Source: an uncultured virus (IMG/VR IMGVR_UViG_3300012983_000042) (taxonomy: Duplodnaviria > Heunggongvirae > Uroviricota > Caudoviricetes). From it: DNA of 20,000 nt. Below the pieces are notes generated by a model. The model saw only the letters and a program-made list of their open reading frames with translations, was not told the DNA's origin and ran no database searches. Of the stretch, positions 16,625 through 20,000 are shown piece after piece. The stretch is from IMG/VR virus record IMGVR_UViG_3300012983_000042; one strand, written 5' to 3'. Position 1 is the stretch's first letter. Each line of letters begins with the position of its first letter. A program made the position numbers and the translations under genes.

Positions 16625-18358
16625 ATGTCAAAAGCAAAGTTCAAAACATTAGAACATAAAGGACCGCTCTTTCCTAAAAAATATGAATATAAAGGTATTT
16701 ACAAAGTAAATGGGATTACTTTAAATCCTATGCTCGAAAAACTTGTTTGGTACTGGGCAGCTCTCGGTGAAGATTACAAAAAAGATAAAATGTACACCAC
16801 AAATGCAAGACCAACAATCAAACGCTGGGCAAATCCTGAATTGAAAAACTTGGAATTCCCAAAAGACTATTTGTCTGTTATGGAAAAGATGACAGCAGAT
16901 CGAGAAGCAGAGAAAGAAGCAAAGAAACTTGCAAACACAAAAGAAGCTCGTGAAGCAAAGAAAGCTGAAAATGAAAAGATAAAAGCAGAATATGGATTTG
17001 GTGAAATAGATGGTGTTAAGCAGCAACTTGGCTGCTATGTACTTGAACCTGAAGGATGGTATATCGGCCGAGGACAGTCACCAATTCGTGGATGTTGGAA
17101 GTATGAAATCCTACCTGAAGATGTTACAATCAACTTTATTGGAGACAAGTCACGAGTACCTCAGCCACCAGCAGGACACAAATGGAAAGCAGTTGTACAG
17201 AACGCCGACGCTTTCGTAGCAACTTATTATGACATTCACTTAGGTGAAGATGTAGTAACACTTCATAAGAAGTTTGGCTTCGGTGCCTTATCAAATGTAA
17301 AACAAGATGCAGACATTCATAAGTATGAAAAAGCTCAGAACTTGACAAAAGAATGGTCAAAGATTGAAAAGTGGATTGATGAAGGCGTTGCCGCAGGTAA
17401 GCAAGAAGCAATCATTTCTTGGCTAATTCTTCGTACAGGAATTCGTGTGGGCACTGGACACGCCGAGGTCTTTGAGAATGGGACTGTGGGAGCAAGTACT
17501 TTACTTGTTGAGAACGCAACTGTAAATGGAAACATTTTGAAACTTCACTTTAGCGGAAAAGATAGCGTACCTTATGTCAATGAATTCGAAGTACCTCAAG
17601 AAGTTGCTGATGCAATCAAAAGATGTCAAGCAGGAAAAAAGCCTAAGGACCAACTTTTTGACAAAGCTTCTTCAGGAACAGTAAATGCTTTCCTTGCTGA
17701 ATGCATTCCATATTGTACAGCAAAGTTGTTCCGAACTGCTTATGGAACAAAACTTCTTGCAGAAACATTACAGCAGTATTATCTTGATGGCAAACTTGCT
17801 AAAGGAATGCCTGAATGGAAAGTTCGTTCAATGTATGATAAAGCTTGTCTTGTTGTATCAACAAAACTTAATCATCAACGCAATGTTGCAAAAAACTTCT
17901 CTGAACAAATGGATAAGACTGATGACAACATCAAAAAAGCAAAAGATGCTGCAAAGAAGAGAAAAGAAAGAGCAACTGAACAGTTGAAGAAAATTGCGAA
18001 AGACATCAAAACAGCAAAGCAAGTTTACACAGGCGATATGCTTGCTGAAAAGCTCGAAAAGCTTAAAGAAAAGAAAGACAAAATAGCTGCACAAGTTGAA
18101 AAGAGCGAAGGCAGAATTGAAAAACTTGAAGCAAATAAAGATTTGAAAAAAGCTACAAAGAACATTGCTTTGGGAACAGCGAAAGGCGCATATAGCTCAC
18201 CTTTAATTGCTGCTTCTATGTGCAAAGACTTAGATGTATCACCTGACATCATCTATAACAAAACACTACAAGCAAAGTTTAGTTGGGCATTTGCTCCAGG
18301 AGTTGTAAAGACAACTTATTGGAAAAATTATCCAAATGAAAACCCTCGTATAAAGTAG
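16625..18358 (+). CDS. topIB: DNA topoisomerase IB, long eukaryote/thaumarchaeal type (577 aa)
   Basis: Colinear with the eukaryotic Top1 core as recalled: KFKTLEHKGPLFP, EYGF, EPEGWYIGRG, PEDVTIN, VPQPPAGHKWK, KYEKA, IRVG (R274), TVG, GKDS (K312), TAKLFRT (R370), LNHQR (H417), coiled-coil linker, IALGTAKGAY (Y523), IYNKTLQAKFSWA. Start placed at ATG 16625, 5 nt after GGAGG, rather than the TTG at 16613. Confidence 0.96.
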   Translation: MSKAKFKTLEHKGPLFPKKYEYKGIYKVNGITLNPMLEKLVWYWAALGEDYKKDKMYTTNARPTIKRWANPELKNLEFPKDYLSVMEKMTADREAEKEAKKLANTKEAREAKKAENEKIKAEYGFGEIDGVKQQLGCYVLEPEGWYIGRGQSPIRGCWKYEILPEDVTINFIGDKSRVPQPPAGHKWKAVVQNADAFVATYYDIHLGEDVVTLHKKFGFGALSNVKQDADIHKYEKAQNLTKEWSKIEKWIDEGVAAGKQEAIISWLILRTGIRVGTGHAEVFENGTVGASTLLVENATVNGNILKLHFSGKDSVPYVNEFEVPQEVADAIKRCQAGKKPKDQLFDKASSGTVNAFLAECIPYCTAKLFRTAYGTKLLAETLQQYYLDGKLAKGMPEWKVRSMYDKACLVVSTKLNHQRNVAKNFSEQMDKTDDNIKKAKDAAKKRKERATEQLKKIAKDIKTAKQVYTGDMLAEKLEKLKEKKDKIAAQVEKSEGRIEKLEANKDLKKATKNIALGTAKGAYSSPLIAASMCKDLDVSPDIIYNKTLQAKFSWAFAPGVVKTTYWKNYPNENPRIK

Positions 18359-18385
18359 ACTAATTTATTAAGGAGTTAATAAAGA

Positions 18386-18928
18386 ATGAACCCACAGAAC
18401 TATACATATCTTCGTGACAAAGCTCACGATGCTGCAAAAAAGTCTGCAAGAAGAATTATAGACTTGTACGGAAAAGCAAGAATTGCTGAAGGAGATGAAC
18501 AGGACGACGTTATTGCAATGTTCGGCGCTGTAATTCTTGATGGCATTGTTGATGGCCTTATGGAGTACTATCCTGTAGATGCTTATCAGCCTGATGTTGT
18601 TAAAGCAATTCGTGAAGCTGATGGTAAAGCAACAAACTATGGCAATGGAGATCTTCACGAGAACAAGACTATGAAAAAGCCATCATTAAAAGAAGCTCAA
18701 AGAATTGTAGCTTTGGTCTCTGGTGGAAATGATAAAAGAGTACGCGAACAATTCAGTAGCGTTGAAGAAGAAGACGAAGCAGTTGAAAAATTCTGTATCT
18801 TGATGGACTGGGAAGTTGCACCCGAAGATGTTTTGAATTGTGTAAAGAACGGTGACGGTACTTTTACAATGCAAGTTAAAGATGGCACTCAATTTAAGTA
18901 TAATCCTGTTGAAGATTGTTTGGAGTAG
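18386..18928 (+). CDS. Hypothetical acidic protein (180 aa)
   Basis: ORF with AAGGAG upstream. No recognised family. Confidence 0.8.
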   Translation: MNPQNYTYLRDKAHDAAKKSARRIIDLYGKARIAEGDEQDDVIAMFGAVILDGIVDGLMEYYPVDAYQPDVVKAIREADGKATNYGNGDLHENKTMKKPSLKEAQRIVALVSGGNDKRVREQFSSVEEEDEAVEKFCILMDWEVAPEDVLNCVKNGDGTFTMQVKDGTQFKYNPVEDCLE

Positions 18929-18931
18929 AAA

Positions 18932-19144
18932 ATGAAAGTTAAGATTGATTCACCAGAAGACAGATATGGAAAAATGAGACTAGAAGAGCTTGTTGAAGAT
19001 TGGAATGATATGGAACCTGAAAATATGTTTGAAGAATCTTACCGCGGTGACTATGTAGCTGAAGACCTATCTTTGCCTTTAGTTCAAGATGTCGTAGAGC
19101 ATTTTAATGGAAACAACATTCATATCATTGCTTATGAATACTAA
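18932..19144 (+). CDS. Small acidic hypothetical protein (70 aa), paralog 1
   Basis: ATG 3 nt after the previous stop, GGAG upstream. Similar to the next ORF. Confidence 0.8.
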   Translation: MKVKIDSPEDRYGKMRLEELVEDWNDMEPENMFEESYRGDYVAEDLSLPLVQDVVEHFNGNNIHIIAYEY

Positions 19145-19162
19145 ATCAATATAGGAAAGGAA

Positions 19163-19408
19163 ATACAAAAAAGAACAAGAATTATCGTTAAAAGTTCTTT
19201 TGGATATGGACTATATTTAGACGAACTGGTTGAAGAGTGGAATGAAGTTGAGCCTAATCATAAGCTTGAAAGTCACACAAAAGGATCTTATAAAGCATAT
19301 GATATGCCTATTCCGTTAGTGCAAGACATTATAGAACATTTCAATGGTGAAAATCCAAATTACGACATTATATATAATGTTTATGACCCAACTTATTCTC
19401 CTGACTAA
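19163..19408 (+). CDS. Small acidic hypothetical protein (~81 aa), paralog 2; lacks a canonical start codon (ATA start or lost ATG)
   Basis: Not in the ORF track. Open frame IQKRTRIIVKSSFGYGLYLDELVEEWNEVEPNHKLESHTKGSYKAYDMPIPLVQDIIEHFNGENPNYDIIYNVYDPTYSPD*. It aligns with the 70-aa protein (LEELVEDWNDMEP...PLVQDVVEHFNG). AGGAAAGG precedes the ATA at 19163. Confidence 0.7.
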   Translation: MQKRTRIIVKSSFGYGLYLDELVEEWNEVEPNHKLESHTKGSYKAYDMPIPLVQDIIEHFNGENPNYDIIYNVYDPTYSPD

Positions 19409-19746
19409 TCAGTAGAGTTTTTATCCATCAATTTGAAGATATCACGGAGAGTGTCAAAGAGGCGCTCTCCTTGTTTTTTATACAAGCGGTAAAGGAAATG
19501 AATGACTTTGTGGGTGAGGGGCTGCAACATAATGTACCTTGACTTATCAGTGCTTGTGTAGTTTTCATCACGAAGATCTGTATGGTGGCAATTCGCCTTA
19601 GGAGAAAGTTTAGCTTTTGTGACTGGGTCAATCTTTTGCTCAGCAATCAACTCTTTTCGCATTGCCCACCACTCAGGTGTCATACGAAACTCTTCTTTCA
19701 TTTTAGCTGCAGCAGTTTTCTTTTTTACAGTTTTATTTTTCCGCAC
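19405..19746 (-). CDS. HNH-endonuclease-like protein (113 aa)
   Basis: FRMTPEWWAMRKELI...DPVT...L...ANCHHTDL...YIMLQPLTHKVIH matches the layout of small phage HNH proteins (W-x-x-x-R, HH, L-x-x-x-x-H-x-x-x-H). The start is uncertain: the GTG lies 13 nt after AAGGAG. Confidence 0.6.
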   Translation of the reverse strand: MRKNKTVKKKTAAAKMKEEFRMTPEWWAMRKELIAEQKIDPVTKAKLSPKANCHHTDLRDENYTSTDKSRYIMLQPLTHKVIHFLYRLYKKQGERLFDTLRDIFKLMDKNSTD

Positions 19747-20000
19747 GGTGTTAAGTTAACTCCTTCACAAGGTACTGGGGTGTCTGAGAATGTTCCAAGA
19801 ACGCTAAGCCCGTGATGGCCTAAGACAACTGCATCAGACTTTGACAAGTCGAACACTTTTGCTTTACATTCAATCTTTGATGGCGTCATCTTTATATATG
19901 ATGCTTGGTCTCCAGGTTGTGTACCTGCACGAGACATAATGAACACTTCGGTCTCTTTCATAACAAACATTGTTCCCTTATCAGTCATCATAACCTTAAA
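19725..20000 (-). CDS. 3' end of a protein entering from the right edge; possibly a baseplate spike-like protein
   Basis: The frame stays open to base 20000 (…FKVMMTDKGT…), so the track's start at 19991 is probably internal. Short beta-strand-like repeats (SYIKMTPSKIECKAKVFDL) are reminiscent of gpV/gp5 spike C-termini. The product call is weak. Confidence 0.5.
   Translation of the reverse strand, partial: FKVMMTDKGTMFVMKETEVFIMSRAGTQPGDQASYIKMTPSKIECKAKVFDLSKSDAVVLGHHGLSVLGTFSDTPVPCEGVNLTPCGKIKL

Noticed and set aside
16625..18358. Interpretation as a tyrosine recombinase/integrase or as eukaryotic contamination
   Set aside because: The cap and linker motifs are specific to long TopIB. The gene is intronless, has an SD and is packed among phage-like genes of similar composition.
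686..19815. Many 60-100 aa ORFs nested in or antisense to the long genes
   Set aside because: Shadow ORFs with S/F/L-biased composition, fully overlapped by better-supported genes.
1..20000. Stop-codon reassignment (code 15 or 4) as in some gut phages
   Set aside because: Very long ORFs are intact in code 11, and TAG/TGA end genes at sensible, tightly packed positions (18358, 18928, 14771, 19405).
1..20000. CRISPR array, tRNA/rRNA, DGR template/variable repeats, IS elements, strong rho-independent terminators
   Set aside because: None seen by eye. Intergenic gaps are tiny, and no reverse transcriptase, transposase, regular DNA repeats or GC-rich stem plus U-tract were found.

Overview
Segment of a large, AT-rich tailed-phage-like genome (probably a jumbo/large myovirus), read in standard code 11 with Shine-Dalgarno sites before most starts. 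Bases 1-13548 (minus strand) are a block of very large virion/tail-fibre genes. The 857-aa protein carries typical fibre repeats. The 2366-aa protein carries a tail-collar-like domain and an internal peptidase S74-like chaperone domain. Bases 13591-16348 (minus) are a three-gene unit: a multi-pass membrane coiled-coil protein, a coiled-coil protein with a possible winged-helix end, and a degenerate HU/IHF-like protein. Transcribed divergently from it is the most striking gene: a full-length, eukaryote/thaumarchaeal-type ('long') DNA topoisomerase IB with all five catalytic residues and the coiled-coil linker. It is followed by small hypothetical genes, including a paralog missed by the ORF track, then an HNH-like protein and a 5'-truncated ORF at the right edge. 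Two different short motifs (ACTAATT and TGTTAATAT) recur just upstream of different gene classes. All family calls are from motif recognition by eye; no database searches were run.
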